Shown here: positions 15,632-25,363 of the stretch, piece by piece
Layout: each line of letters starts with the position of its first letter
How positions within the stretch are numbered: position 1 is the first letter of the stretch
Translations under genes and position numbers: made by a program
Source of the DNA: Bacteroidota bacterium
GTDB lineage: Bacteria; Bacteroidota; Bacteroidia; Chitinophagales; Chitinophagaceae
Length of the DNA stretch: 64,000 bases
Assembly: GCA_016706595.1 (NCBI GenBank)
Contig: JADJJH010000007.1
Location: 140,856-204,855, forward strand
Direction: 5' to 3'
The notes under the pieces: model-generated
Database searches by the model: none
The model's input: only the letters and a program-made list of their open reading frames with translations
What the model was told of the DNA's origin: nothing

Positions 15632-16021
15632 GAAAATGACAATTACTATTCAACATCAAGCAGAAAAGACCTTTCACACTTTCAAAGTAAAAGATTCGGA
15701 TAACCTTACTTACTTAGAGGTAAGAACTATCTGTAATAAAATGAATTTCATTGGGCTTCTCGTGAATGGGAAATATTATAAATTTAAATAAGCTGAATTA
15801 TGGACTTAAAAACGAAATACGATACTAAGAGCAAGGAGATTGAACAAAAACTCTCAAAAATGAAAGTAATAAACAAGAAGCACAAACAACACTTTGAGAA
15901 GAACTCCACTAACTGGTGATCCTTGATGGAAGTTCATTCAAATTAATACTTTTTTGATTTGCCATCAAAAACCAAAGTTGAATAAAATAATATTATTACC
16001 TTCATAATAAAATCTAACCCC

Positions 16022-16474
16022 ATGAAACAATTATTGACATTGATCTTTATATTTACTTTAATCTCAGTTATATTTATAAAATGCAAAAAGAATGAATCTG
16101 GGAATAAGAGTTATTCAAACCTTACTGGAACTTATCAAGGCAGTTTGATTTGGTCTAAAGGATTATTACAAGGAACTGACAACAATGCAAAAGTTACAAT
16201 TTCTTCAGGAATCAATGGTAGTATAAATGTCAATATATCTACTTCAGCTTCAGTTCCTAAAAGTTATGATATACCTCTTATGCTAAAAATTGAAAATTCT
16301 GGAAGTAGAGTCCGGTCGTATGGTTATGAATACAATAATTCAACTTTTACCAAAGGAATTGGTGCTACAATAAATATTTACAATGATGGTAATCCCTCAG
16401 ACCTTGAAATAAATTATGAGGACATTGATATTAATCCAATTGTACAGTATAATTTTTCCGGAAGTATTAAATGA
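16022..16474 (+). CDS. Putative lipoprotein (150 aa)
   Basis: Signal peptide with a Cys after the hydrophobic core (LISVIFIKC). S/N/G-rich mature part. Confidence 0.5.
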   Translation: MKQLLTLIFIFTLISVIFIKCKKNESGNKSYSNLTGTYQGSLIWSKGLLQGTDNNAKVTISSGINGSINVNISTSASVPKSYDIPLMLKIENSGSRVRSYGYEYNNSTFTKGIGATINIYNDGNPSDLEINYEDIDINPIVQYNFSGSIK

Positions 16475-16526
16475 AGAACAATATGAAGAAATTCTAAAAT
16501 ATTTGTGTACGTTAAAGTAACTTCCG

Positions 16527-16583
16527 GACCTAATCTATTTAGAAGACAAACTGGATGAAATGATAAATTTCACGGGGATGTAA
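16527..16583 (+). repeat. Gene 3'-end remnant, copy 1 (DLIYLEDKLDEMINFTGM*)
   Basis: 57 nt, homologous to 18412-18468. An in-frame stop lies just upstream (16518-16520), so no intact gene is attached. Confidence 0.7.
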
Positions 16584-17009
16584 TTAAGTAAGAATTCGTT
16601 TCATAAATACAGAAACATCACCATAAACCCCATTTATAATTGAAAAAATTGAATGACTTACGTCAAACTCCTTTCCCAATTTACTTGTCCAAATACCATT
16701 TAATAATTGCCTAGCAGCGTGAGTAGGAGCCCCATTTTTTGAAAAAATTGCAATTTTTTCATATCCTTCTTCTAGTTCTCCATTTTCACATACTTCATAA
16801 TTTATAGTACTAAAAAGCTGAATAAAATTTTCAACTTTTTCAGATCTCGGAATATGTTCCGGCCAATAGTACGAATTACTGCTATCAGGCCAAAACCATT
16901 TTGAGTCGTCACCATAAGCCCATGCAATACAATTATAGAACGGAGTAGGCGGACTTGTAATAATGAATGGTTCTTTTGCAGAGTTGGGGAAAATATTATG
17001 AAAATGCAT
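16584..17009 (-). CDS. Hypothetical protein with papain-like Cys/His signature (141 aa)
   Basis: FYNCIAWAY (Cys in an N-C-x-x-W context, as in CHAP/NlpC-type folds) and a later GAPTHAARQLLNGIWTSKLG (His). Last gene of a tightly packed three-gene unit. Confidence 0.45.
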   Translation of the reverse strand: MHFHNIFPNSAKEPFIITSPPTPFYNCIAWAYGDDSKWFWPDSSNSYYWPEHIPRSEKVENFIQLFSTINYEVCENGELEEGYEKIAIFSKNGAPTHAARQLLNGIWTSKLGKEFDVSHSIFSIINGVYGDVSVFMKRILT

Positions 17010-17015
17010 TCTTCA

Positions 17016-17444
17016 TTATTTCAGATTATCATTTGCCCATTCAAGCCAATCAGCTTTCATTAATTTGAAATCTCCTCGATGGTCAGGCTTAATGGGATTC
17101 TTACCAGTAAGCGCTTCAAGGGCATAAAACCAGTGTGAATCAGATTTTTCTAAATCCTGAAGAATAAATGGCAACACATCTTGACCTAAATGGACAATTG
17201 AACGGTAAGCACCATTATTTGTTATTTCTGAAACACTAGATGAGAACATAGTTTCAGATTGCCAAATGCTTTTGTATATTTCAAATTTCTTCTTCACTTG
17301 GTATTTGAACATTTCCTTTATAAAAATACTTTGACCGATAAAGGAATGCCGACTTTCTTCATTGTTTCTTTGTACAAAAATTGCTTCAGTTGAAACAGCA
17401 TTTGTTCTTAAATTTTCTTGAACTCTTGGGAATAAGTAATTCAT
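17016..17444 (-). CDS. Hypothetical protein (~142 aa)
   Basis: The likely start is the ATG at 17444, which overlaps the upstream stop (ATGA). Ends 6 nt before the next ATG. No recognisable motif. Confidence 0.45.
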   Translation of the reverse strand: MNYLFPRVQENLRTNAVSTEAIFVQRNNEESRHSFIGQSIFIKEMFKYQVKKKFEIYKSIWQSETMFSSSVSEITNNGAYRSIVHLGQDVLPFILQDLEKSDSHWFYALEALTGKNPIKPDHRGDFKLMKADWLEWANDNLK

Positions 17445-18172
17445 TTTAAAAATAAATCTTTTGTTTTTTGAGTGATACAACTTTCGAAAATTTTATCTTT
17501 TGTAGTTCTAATTTCATTAAAATTAGAAGTTATTTCATCAATTGTAGAACCAATGTTGGTGTTTTGTGATACATCAATATCAAGAATGAATGGAATTTTC
17601 GAATCTTGAATCGGTTCAATTGCTTCAGAAATTACCGCATTCTGTCCATTCTCATCACATGGGACTTGAATTTGCATAAAGAATGTAGAATAAATTTGAG
17701 GGAGACAAGATGGAATCGGGGGCATAATAGTTATATAATCTTGGAAACTAGTTAAAGTGATTGGAAGTTCAATTCTATTAATAAAACGTGCCGCAATCCT
17801 GTTAGCCGTTGAAGGAGCAAATAAGTCCTTATAATGAGACCACAATTTCATAAAAAATGTAAAATGTTCTTCCCAACTGTTATAAGGTTTTAAAATATTT
17901 AATGTTAGCCCTTCAAATCCAACTTGAATTTGTCTAGAGGCATCATCACTCGAATAGATATGTCCCAAGACATCACTTGTCCCTTTACTTGCGACTTCTT
18001 TGTCGGGTTGAAATTCAAACAGCCCAGTAAATCTATGTTGTGTTTTCTGATTAGGAAACTCCCCAATTATCAACTCTTTAAACGCATTCAATTCTTCTAT
18101 CTGAGTAACAGCTAACGGCTCAACTCTGATATCGAATACTGCTTCGCGAATGGGATTGTTCGTGTAGTTCAT
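17441..18172 (-). CDS. TIGR04255-like uncharacterised protein (~243 aa)
   Basis: The N-terminus MNYTNNPIREAVFDIRVEP matches, from memory, the characteristic start of the TIGR04255 family. The track start at 18190 is TTG; the ATG at 18172 is preferred. Confidence 0.45.
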   Translation of the reverse strand: MNYTNNPIREAVFDIRVEPLAVTQIEELNAFKELIIGEFPNQKTQHRFTGLFEFQPDKEVASKGTSDVLGHIYSSDDASRQIQVGFEGLTLNILKPYNSWEEHFTFFMKLWSHYKDLFAPSTANRIAARFINRIELPITLTSFQDYITIMPPIPSCLPQIYSTFFMQIQVPCDENGQNAVISEAIEPIQDSKIPFILDIDVSQNTNIGSTIDEITSNFNEIRTTKDKIFESCITQKTKDLFLK

Positions 18173-18411
18173 TATTTTTAAAAAGGGCAAGAAAAGTATA
18201 ACCTTATTATGTTGTCCTTGGACAAATCTACATAAAGTTTTTAATCTTCATAATTTCAATGGATTGAAAAGGTTTTATTTCACATTCAATCCTTCAGTAA
18301 AGGCAATATTTAAAAGAATTTAAAATCACCTTTATATATGATAGAATAGAAATAATTTCAAAAAACATACAGTACTTAGATAGAACTCTATTTATTATCG
18401 GTTATCTAGTA

Positions 18412-18468
18412 GATTTCATCAACTTGGAAAACAAACTGGACGAAATGATAAATTTTACCGGGATGTAG
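18412..18468 (+). repeat. Gene 3'-end remnant, copy 2 (DFINLENKLDEMINFTGM*)
   Basis: Over the last 42 nt there are 5 mismatches to copy 1. Three are silent third-position changes, one swaps the stop codon (TAA/TAG) and one causes the D/N replacement. Open upstream only to 18301, with no ATG. Confidence 0.7.
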
Positions 18469-18556
18469 TAAAATGTTTCACACATTTGTTTTACACCCTA
18501 CAAAGAAAAAGACTCGCAATTCATTGATAATCAATGTTTTGCGAGTCTTTTATCTG

Positions 18557-18629
18557 TGGTGTGGGAGGGAATTGAACCCCCGACACAAGGATTTTCAGTC
18601 CTTTGCTCTACCAACTGAGCTACCGCACC
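18557..18629 (-). tRNA. tRNA-Phe (anticodon GAA)
   Basis: The reverse complement folds as a cloverleaf: GGTGCGG-TA-GCTC-AGTTGGTA-GAGC-A-AAGGA-CTGAAAA-TCCTT-GTGTC-GGGGG-TTCAATT-CCCTC-CCACACC-A. 73 nt, CCA not encoded. One C5:A68 mismatch in the acceptor stem. Confidence 0.85.
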
Positions 18630-18722
18630 TTATCTAAAAGCACATTCGTTAATTAAACGATGGGGTGCAAAAATAAACATATATCTCAAAAAGCCAACTA
18701 TTTTTTTAAGGGGTCATATTGC

Positions 18723-20951
18723 TTAGTTGGCATACTCACTCATAAACTTAATTCTTACCAATTGTAGCTGCTCAAGTGTAATGTTATTTTCTTTCAAATC
18801 TTCAAAAGCCTCATCTAAATTTCCGCGATCACTGGTTTGAAAATATTCGTAAATGTCGTCTTGGTCATATTCATCAACGTAATCGTTAATGCAATAATCT
18901 AAATTCAGTTTTGTTCCGCTAGATACGATGGTTTCCATCTCATGCAATAAATCAGGCATATTTAATTCCTTCATTTTCGCAATGGTTTCCAATGGAATTT
19001 TTTTGTCGATGTTTTGAATGATAAATACTTTGATACCACTTTTATTCATCACGCTCTTCATCACAAAATCACTAGTTTTGGCGATATCATTTTCTTCTAC
19101 ATACTTAGCAATCAGCTCCACAAACTTCTTACCATATTTAATGGCCTTCCCTTTACTAACACCTTGGATGTTTTCCATCTCTGCTAATGTAGTTGGGTAA
19201 TTAGTAGCCATATCTTCCAAAGAGTTCTCAAGAAATACTACAAACGGCGGTACATTGTGTTGCTTGCCCACTTGCTTGCGTAAATCTTTTAGCATTTCAA
19301 GCAAGGTTGGATCCAAGGCACCACCGCCCGAACCGCCGCCGGCTGAATTGTCTTCATCATCACCTTCGGCATCTTCGAACTTATGATTGAGTGATAATTG
19401 AATTGAGTAAGGTTTCTTTAAAAAGGCTTTTCCTTTATCGGTTAACTTCAATAAACCATATTCTTCAATATCTTTTCGTATCAAATCTTCAACCATCATC
19501 TGACGAAGTAAAGAAAACCAAAAATGATCGTCCATCTGAAAATGCGCACCCATGCTAAAGCATTTCAATTTATCATGCTTAAATGATTGTATTTGCGTAT
19601 TCAGTCGACCGAGTATCACATTGATTACATAATCGATACCAAACATTTCTTTTAATTGACGAATGGTTTCAAGGGCAGTAAATACCGTATCTTTTACATC
19701 AATTTTTTCTTTTGGATGATTGCAATTATCGCACATGCATTTGCATTTGCTTTCATCATACGCTTCACCAAAATAATGCAACAATACTTTTCTTCTACAA
19801 ATTGCACTCTCGGCGTAAGCAACGGTTTCGCCTATTAATTGGGCGCCCATTTCTCGCTCAGTAAGCGGCTTATCGCGCATCAAATGCTCAAGCTTTTGAA
19901 CATCTTTATATGAGAAGTACAATAAACATTTTCCTTCTAATCCATCTCTTCCTGCTCTTCCGGTTTCTTGGTAATAATTTTCAATTGATTTAGGAATATT
20001 ATAATGCATCACGAAACGGATATCAGGTTTATCGATTCCCATTCCAAAGGCGATGGTAGCTACAATGACATCTACATCTTCCATCAAAAATTGATCCTGC
20101 CGATCGGCACGAGTTTTACTATCTAGTCCGGCATGATAAGCCACCGCACTAATTCCATTGGCTACTAATAACTGGGCAAGATCTTCGGTGGTTTTACGAT
20201 TTAATGTATAAATGATTCCACTTTTGCCGCGGTTCTGTTGAATGAACTTTACGATATGTTTTACCGTTTGATCCTTCTTAGCCTTAGGTACTATTTCGTA
20301 ATAAAGGTTGGGGCGATTGAACGAAGAGATAAACACATTCGGTGTTTTAAGCACCAAGTTCTTTTTTATATCATCTTGAACTTTAGGTGTGGCCGTTGCA
20401 GTCAACGCTATGATATGCAATTTCGGATTGATGTCGTTAATGATTTCTCGAATCTTACGATATTCCGGTCTAAAATCATGACCCCACTCTGAAATACAGT
20501 GGGCTTCATCTACCGCTATAAAACTAATTTTTAATTGCTTCAGAAATTCAACATTTTCTTCTTTGGTTAATGTCTCGGGTGCTACATACAACATTTTTGT
20601 ACCGCCGGTCATTAAATCTTCTTTTACTTTTTTTATCTGTCCTTTATTTAAAGAAGAGTTCATGAAGTGGGCCACGTTTTCGATATCGCTATAGCTACGC
20701 AATAAATCAACTTGATTTTTCATGAGGGCGATTAAGGGCGAAACAATAATCGCAATACCTTCACTCAGTAAAGCAGGCAATTGATAGCACAGCGATTTTC
20801 CTCCGCCGGTAGGCATAATCACAAAGGTGTCTTTGCCATCTAAAACGCTTTCAATAATTTCTTGTTGTTCATCTTTGAATTTATCAAATCCGAAATGTTC
20901 CTGTAATGATTTTTTAAGATCGTATTTGTCGACCTTCTTTGACTTTGCCAT
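18723..20951 (-). CDS. recQ: ATP-dependent DNA helicase RecQ
   Basis: 742 aa. Contains PTGGGKSLCYQLPA, DEAHCISEWGHDFRPEY, a zinc-binding Cys cluster, and a C-terminal HRDC-like region. Confidence 0.95.
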   Translation of the reverse strand: MAKSKKVDKYDLKKSLQEHFGFDKFKDEQQEIIESVLDGKDTFVIMPTGGGKSLCYQLPALLSEGIAIIVSPLIALMKNQVDLLRSYSDIENVAHFMNSSLNKGQIKKVKEDLMTGGTKMLYVAPETLTKEENVEFLKQLKISFIAVDEAHCISEWGHDFRPEYRKIREIINDINPKLHIIALTATATPKVQDDIKKNLVLKTPNVFISSFNRPNLYYEIVPKAKKDQTVKHIVKFIQQNRGKSGIIYTLNRKTTEDLAQLLVANGISAVAYHAGLDSKTRADRQDQFLMEDVDVIVATIAFGMGIDKPDIRFVMHYNIPKSIENYYQETGRAGRDGLEGKCLLYFSYKDVQKLEHLMRDKPLTEREMGAQLIGETVAYAESAICRRKVLLHYFGEAYDESKCKCMCDNCNHPKEKIDVKDTVFTALETIRQLKEMFGIDYVINVILGRLNTQIQSFKHDKLKCFSMGAHFQMDDHFWFSLLRQMMVEDLIRKDIEEYGLLKLTDKGKAFLKKPYSIQLSLNHKFEDAEGDDEDNSAGGGSGGGALDPTLLEMLKDLRKQVGKQHNVPPFVVFLENSLEDMATNYPTTLAEMENIQGVSKGKAIKYGKKFVELIAKYVEENDIAKTSDFVMKSVMNKSGIKVFIIQNIDKKIPLETIAKMKELNMPDLLHEMETIVSSGTKLNLDYCINDYVDEYDQDDIYEYFQTSDRGNLDEAFEDLKENNITLEQLQLVRIKFMSEYAN

Positions 20952-21376
20952 AAAATTAATTTTCCCCCCTTCAAGAATAACGTTTCGGTGAAGTATTCGC
21001 CAAATTACAAATTCCTTTTTTGATTTGCAAGCAAAATTTTGAAGATTGCTTCGAAGGTGAACGAAGGTAGCCGAAGCAGACTAACTTACAATCTAATAAT
21101 AAGTTAAATCCTGCCTTATTTTTTCGATAAATTTCATTAGATTTTTTTATCGTAATTCGCTGTAAGCCTTATTCTGTAAGCCTTTTAGTGATAGCCTGTA
21201 TAATTTGTAAAATTCATTGCAGAGCCTGACCTTTCAAAACACAAGTGTTTTTGTGATAGGGTCTGAATTATTTTCGGATATTTGGGCTCGTGAAATGAGG
21301 CATGACAAAATTTGTTACCTAGATGAACTGTTTAAGCCGAATTCCATGTGACAATTAAAGCAATAGATTTAAACAC

Positions 21377-23215
21377 ATGAAAAAATGCCTTCTTATATTT
21401 TGTTTATTAATTGGCTCTGAAAGGGTTTTTGCGCAGGAACAACTTTTGCAAGTAGCAAAACAGTATTTACTTAGCGGCAATTATGAAAAATCGGCGGCTA
21501 CTTATAAACAGCTCCTCGAATATAACCCACGCGATAAAGAACTTCAGAAAGCCTATATGCAAAGTTTAATGGGTTTGAAGGATTATAAAACAGCCGAAAA
21601 AGCATTAAAACCTTTAATTAAAGCCGAACCGAAAAATGCGAATTACAACTATCAATTAGTAAAAGTGTATAAAGCATTAAATGAAGAAAAAAAGGCGAAT
21701 AAGCTCATCGAAAAAATAATCGACAATACCCAAGATAATGATGAAGAAGTTAGAGCAATTGCCGCTTTGTTTGAAAGCGATTTCGATCATCAGCATGCCA
21801 TTGCGGTATATGAAAAAGGAAAATCATTTCATAAAGAATATCCTTATTTATTTGCCGAAGAATTAGCCTTATTGTACGATAAACAAGGTAATCGTGATAA
21901 AGCCATAGAAAGCCTACTCGATTTTTATGTATCCACTTACGAAAAAGCCGAGGAGATAAAAGCTACTTTCATGCGTATGATGGCTAAGCCGGCTGAATTG
22001 AAGGATTTACAAAGTCGTGTTGAAAAAAGGATGAGTAAAGAGCCTGAAGTGCAAGCCTATCCCGATTTATTAGCATGGATGTATATTCAACAAAAAGATT
22101 ACGAAAAGGCCTTTGCTCAAATTAAATCGATAGACATAAAATTAAATGAAGGCGGCCGACGCATGTTGGGATTTGCCCGAGTTTGCTTACGCGAATGGCA
22201 ATTTAAAGCAGCCATTATTGCTTATGATGCCGTAGCGGCTTTGGGTAAAGAACAACCTTATTACGAATTGGCCCGTAGCGAAAAATTAACCTGTATGAAA
22301 CAGGCCCTAAAAAGTAATCCGGCTTATACCCAAACCGAAGTACAAACTTTGGCAAAAGCTTACGATGAATTTCTTACCGAGTTCCCACACTTTTTGCAAC
22401 GCGAAACTTTACGTGAATATGCCGAATTAGAAGCTCGCTATGCACATGATATTCCAAAAGCGATTGAGTTATTAAATAATGTGGTGAAAGCCAATAATGT
22501 ACCGGCTGCTTTAAAAGGTAGGTGCAAACTTGAAATGGGTGATTATGAATTGGTGAGAGATGATATCTGGGAAAGCACACTATTATATTCACAAGTGGAT
22601 AAGGAATTTAAGCAAGATATGTTGGGCGAAGAAGCGAGATTCAGAAATGCAAAACTATCCTATTATACAGGGGATTTTGCTTGGGCCCAAGGTCAATTGG
22701 ATGTCTTAAAAGCATCTACTTCTGAATTGATTGCCAATGATGCATTAAACCTCTCGGTTCTTATTACCGAAAATAATCCACCGGCCGATAGTAATACCGT
22801 TCCTCTTGAAATGTATGCTAAAGCAGACTTATTAGAATTTCAAAATAAAGACCAAGAGGCTTTGGCAATGTTAGATAGTATCACTTCTCAATTTCCGAAA
22901 CATCCGCTTACCGATGATATTTATATGGAGCGTGCAAGAATTGCCATAAAAAAACAAGACTTTAGCGAGGCCGCCATGTTGTATCAGAAAGTAGTAAGTG
23001 AACATGCCGAAGACATTTTAGCCGACGATGCCTTGTTTAGCTTAGCCGGAATCAATGAATCTGTTTTTAAAAATGCCGAAGAAGCTAAACGTTTATACGA
23101 ACAGTTAATTTTAAAATATCCTGGTAGCACATTTGTAAGCGAAGCCCGTAAAAATTTCAGACGTCTACGCGGCGATAAGGCTGATGTGGAAGATGGGGTA
23201 GGAAGTAATTTTTAG
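21377..23215 (+). CDS. Secreted TPR-repeat protein
   Basis: 612 aa with an N-terminal signal peptide (LIGSERVFAQ) and repeated TPR-like helical pairs. Confidence 0.65.
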   Translation: MKKCLLIFCLLIGSERVFAQEQLLQVAKQYLLSGNYEKSAATYKQLLEYNPRDKELQKAYMQSLMGLKDYKTAEKALKPLIKAEPKNANYNYQLVKVYKALNEEKKANKLIEKIIDNTQDNDEEVRAIAALFESDFDHQHAIAVYEKGKSFHKEYPYLFAEELALLYDKQGNRDKAIESLLDFYVSTYEKAEEIKATFMRMMAKPAELKDLQSRVEKRMSKEPEVQAYPDLLAWMYIQQKDYEKAFAQIKSIDIKLNEGGRRMLGFARVCLREWQFKAAIIAYDAVAALGKEQPYYELARSEKLTCMKQALKSNPAYTQTEVQTLAKAYDEFLTEFPHFLQRETLREYAELEARYAHDIPKAIELLNNVVKANNVPAALKGRCKLEMGDYELVRDDIWESTLLYSQVDKEFKQDMLGEEARFRNAKLSYYTGDFAWAQGQLDVLKASTSELIANDALNLSVLITENNPPADSNTVPLEMYAKADLLEFQNKDQEALAMLDSITSQFPKHPLTDDIYMERARIAIKKQDFSEAAMLYQKVVSEHAEDILADDALFSLAGINESVFKNAEEAKRLYEQLILKYPGSTFVSEARKNFRRLRGDKADVEDGVGSNF

Positions 23216-23224
23216 ATCAATTAT

Positions 23225-23272
23225 CAATCAATCTTCAATTATCATTAGCTGAATGAAGATTGAAATTTGAAG
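23225..23272. repeat. CAATCTTCAAT palindromic repeat, copy A (also a bidirectional terminator-like hairpin)
   Basis: CAATCAATCTTCAATT ... GAATGAAGATTGAAATTTGAAG, between the convergent TPR gene and serS. Confidence 0.7.
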
Positions 23273-23273
23273 T

Positions 23274-24545
23274 TTAATTGATTATTTCAAATCCTGCATA
23301 TTTCACCAATACTTCAGGTAATACAATACCCGCTTCGGTTTGACAATTTTCGAGAAGGCAGGCAACAATACGTGGTAAGGCTAATGATGAGCCGTTTAAT
23401 GAATGAACCAATTGCGTTTTACCATTTTCATCTTTGTATCTAATTTTTGCACGATTGGTTTGAAAGGTTTCGAAATTCGATACCGAGCTTACTTCAAGCC
23501 AACGTTGTTGTGCTGTGCTATATACTTCAAAATCGTAAGTAAGTGCCGAGGCAAAACTCATATCACCGCCACATAAACGTAAAATTCTGTACGGCAAATT
23601 CATACTTTGAATCAATTTCTCAACATGCATCACCATCTCATCTAAAGTATCATACGAATTTGATGGATGCGAAAACTGTACAATCTCCACTTTATCAAAC
23701 TGATGTAAACGATTAAGTCCTCTTACATCTTTACCATAACTTCCGGCTTCTCTTCTAAAACAAGGTGTGTAGGCAGTGAGTTTAAGTGGCAATTCTTCTT
23801 CTTTTACAATTTCATTTCTATAAATATTGGTAACCGGCACTTCGGCAGTGGGTATCAAATAAAAATCATCTTCGGTAGCATGATACATTTGTCCTTCCTT
23901 ATCGGGTAATTGTCCGGTACCATAGGCCGAATCAGTATTTACCATATGCGGAACTTGATGTTCGATATAACCAGCGGCCGTATTAAAATCTAAAAAATAA
24001 TTAATCAAAGCTCTTTGTAATCTTGCGCCTTTATTGATATACACCGGAAAGCCTGCACCGGTAATTTTATTGCCTAATTCAAAATCAATTAAATTATATT
24101 TTTTGGCCAAATCCCAATGCGGAACGGCACCTTCATACAATGTTGGAATTTCATTTCCCATGCGAACCACTTCATTATCTTCGGCATGCTTACCTTTTGG
24201 CACCGATGTATGTGGTAAATTAGGTAAGGTTACTAAAAGATCGTGTTGTTGTTTTTCTAACTCGGCTAACTTATCGCTTAATAATTTTGAACTTTCTTTA
24301 TAAGAGGCAACGGCTAACTTTACATTTTCGGCATCTTCTTTTTGTCCTGCCGCCATAAACTTCCCAACTTCTTTAGAAGCCAAATTGATTTTTGCTAAAA
24401 ATTCATCGTTTTCGGTTTGCACTTTTCTACGTTCTTCGTCAATGGCAAGCACACTATCAACTACCGAAAGATCTGCCACATTTTTTATGGCTAGTCGCTC
24501 TAATACATATTCACGCTGTGTTCTTAAGGTTTGTAGGGTTAGCAT
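23274..24545 (-). CDS. serS: Serine--tRNA ligase
   Basis: 423 aa with an N-terminal coiled-coil arm and class II aaRS motifs (FRREAGSYGKDVRGLNRLHQFDKVE; GSSLALPR). Confidence 0.95.
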   Translation of the reverse strand: MLTLQTLRTQREYVLERLAIKNVADLSVVDSVLAIDEERRKVQTENDEFLAKINLASKEVGKFMAAGQKEDAENVKLAVASYKESSKLLSDKLAELEKQQHDLLVTLPNLPHTSVPKGKHAEDNEVVRMGNEIPTLYEGAVPHWDLAKKYNLIDFELGNKITGAGFPVYINKGARLQRALINYFLDFNTAAGYIEHQVPHMVNTDSAYGTGQLPDKEGQMYHATEDDFYLIPTAEVPVTNIYRNEIVKEEELPLKLTAYTPCFRREAGSYGKDVRGLNRLHQFDKVEIVQFSHPSNSYDTLDEMVMHVEKLIQSMNLPYRILRLCGGDMSFASALTYDFEVYSTAQQRWLEVSSVSNFETFQTNRAKIRYKDENGKTQLVHSLNGSSLALPRIVACLLENCQTEAGIVLPEVLVKYAGFEIIN

Positions 24546-24636
24546 AATGGATATTTGTTAGGGCGCAAAAGTAATCAATGAGAATTATTATCGTAGGTAT
24601 GCTTCGAATAATTTTGATATCAAACAAACTAAAAAA

Positions 24637-25362
24637 ATGTATTTTGCGCGAAAATTATACTTTATGCGATCTATTCTACTTTCCTTATGCTGCATTTGTC
24701 TTTTACAAACTCAAAGCAATGCACAAACCGCAGGTGACGAGTCAACCAAGAAAAAAAAGTTTGTTGCAACTACCATGGTTGAAACCAGCCTAATTCAATT
24801 TGCCAACAGTGCATTTGCCAACGATAGCTTAAAAACTATCCCTCGTTTTTCGTACTTTTTTAATATGGGTGTCGATTTTAATTATCAAGCAAGCAAAAGA
24901 TTTAAGCCATTTTTTGGATTGAATTTGAAAAACATTGGATTGATTACCAAGAAAGAGGATTCAGTTAATACCTATAAAGAAAAACATCGTGTTTACACGG
25001 TGGGTGTTCCGATAGGTGTGAAATTGTATTTCATGAAAAAAAACAAATTGATGTTTAAAGCCGGTGCCGATTTTAGTTATGCATTTAATTACAGACTTAA
25101 ATCATTTGTGAATAAAGACAAGAAAAAATCGAATGAATTTTTTAGTGATCAAACCAATAATTTTATGCCTTCGGTATTTTTTGGTGCGGCATACAGCGGC
25201 GTAACGGCATCAGTTAATTATTATCTCACTAATTTCTTCAACGAAGTTAAAAAACCCGGTATGGAGGTTAACCTCATTACCTTAGGTTTAGGTATCAATT
25301 TTGATCAAGGAAGTATGAAGAAAAAAGAAATTAGGAAGACTTCTAATTCGCAAAGTTTGTAA
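24637..25362 (+). CDS. Putative outer-membrane beta-barrel protein
   Basis: Signal peptide (LLSLCCICLLQTQSNAQ), alternating beta-strand pattern and aromatic-rich strands. The start may be the ATG at 24664. Confidence 0.45.
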   Translation: MYFARKLYFMRSILLSLCCICLLQTQSNAQTAGDESTKKKKFVATTMVETSLIQFANSAFANDSLKTIPRFSYFFNMGVDFNYQASKRFKPFFGLNLKNIGLITKKEDSVNTYKEKHRVYTVGVPIGVKLYFMKKNKLMFKAGADFSYAFNYRLKSFVNKDKKKSNEFFSDQTNNFMPSVFFGAAYSGVTASVNYYLTNFFNEVKKPGMEVNLITLGLGINFDQGSMKKKEIRKTSNSQSL

Positions 25363-25363
25363 G

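Noticed and set aside
15636-15919. Two short ORFs (about 51 and 39 codons) after the recombinase gene
   Set aside because: They are below any length at which I can separate them from chance in 30%-GC DNA, and they have no motifs. They are left unannotated, though they could be real small genes of the mobile element.
18557-18629. tRNA-Phe as a pseudogene because of the C5:A68 mismatch and the missing encoded CCA
   Set aside because: All other stems, the anticodon loop (CTGAAAA) and the T-loop are canonical. A single acceptor mismatch and non-encoded CCA are common in functional bacterial tRNAs. The mismatch is recorded instead as a possible integration scar.
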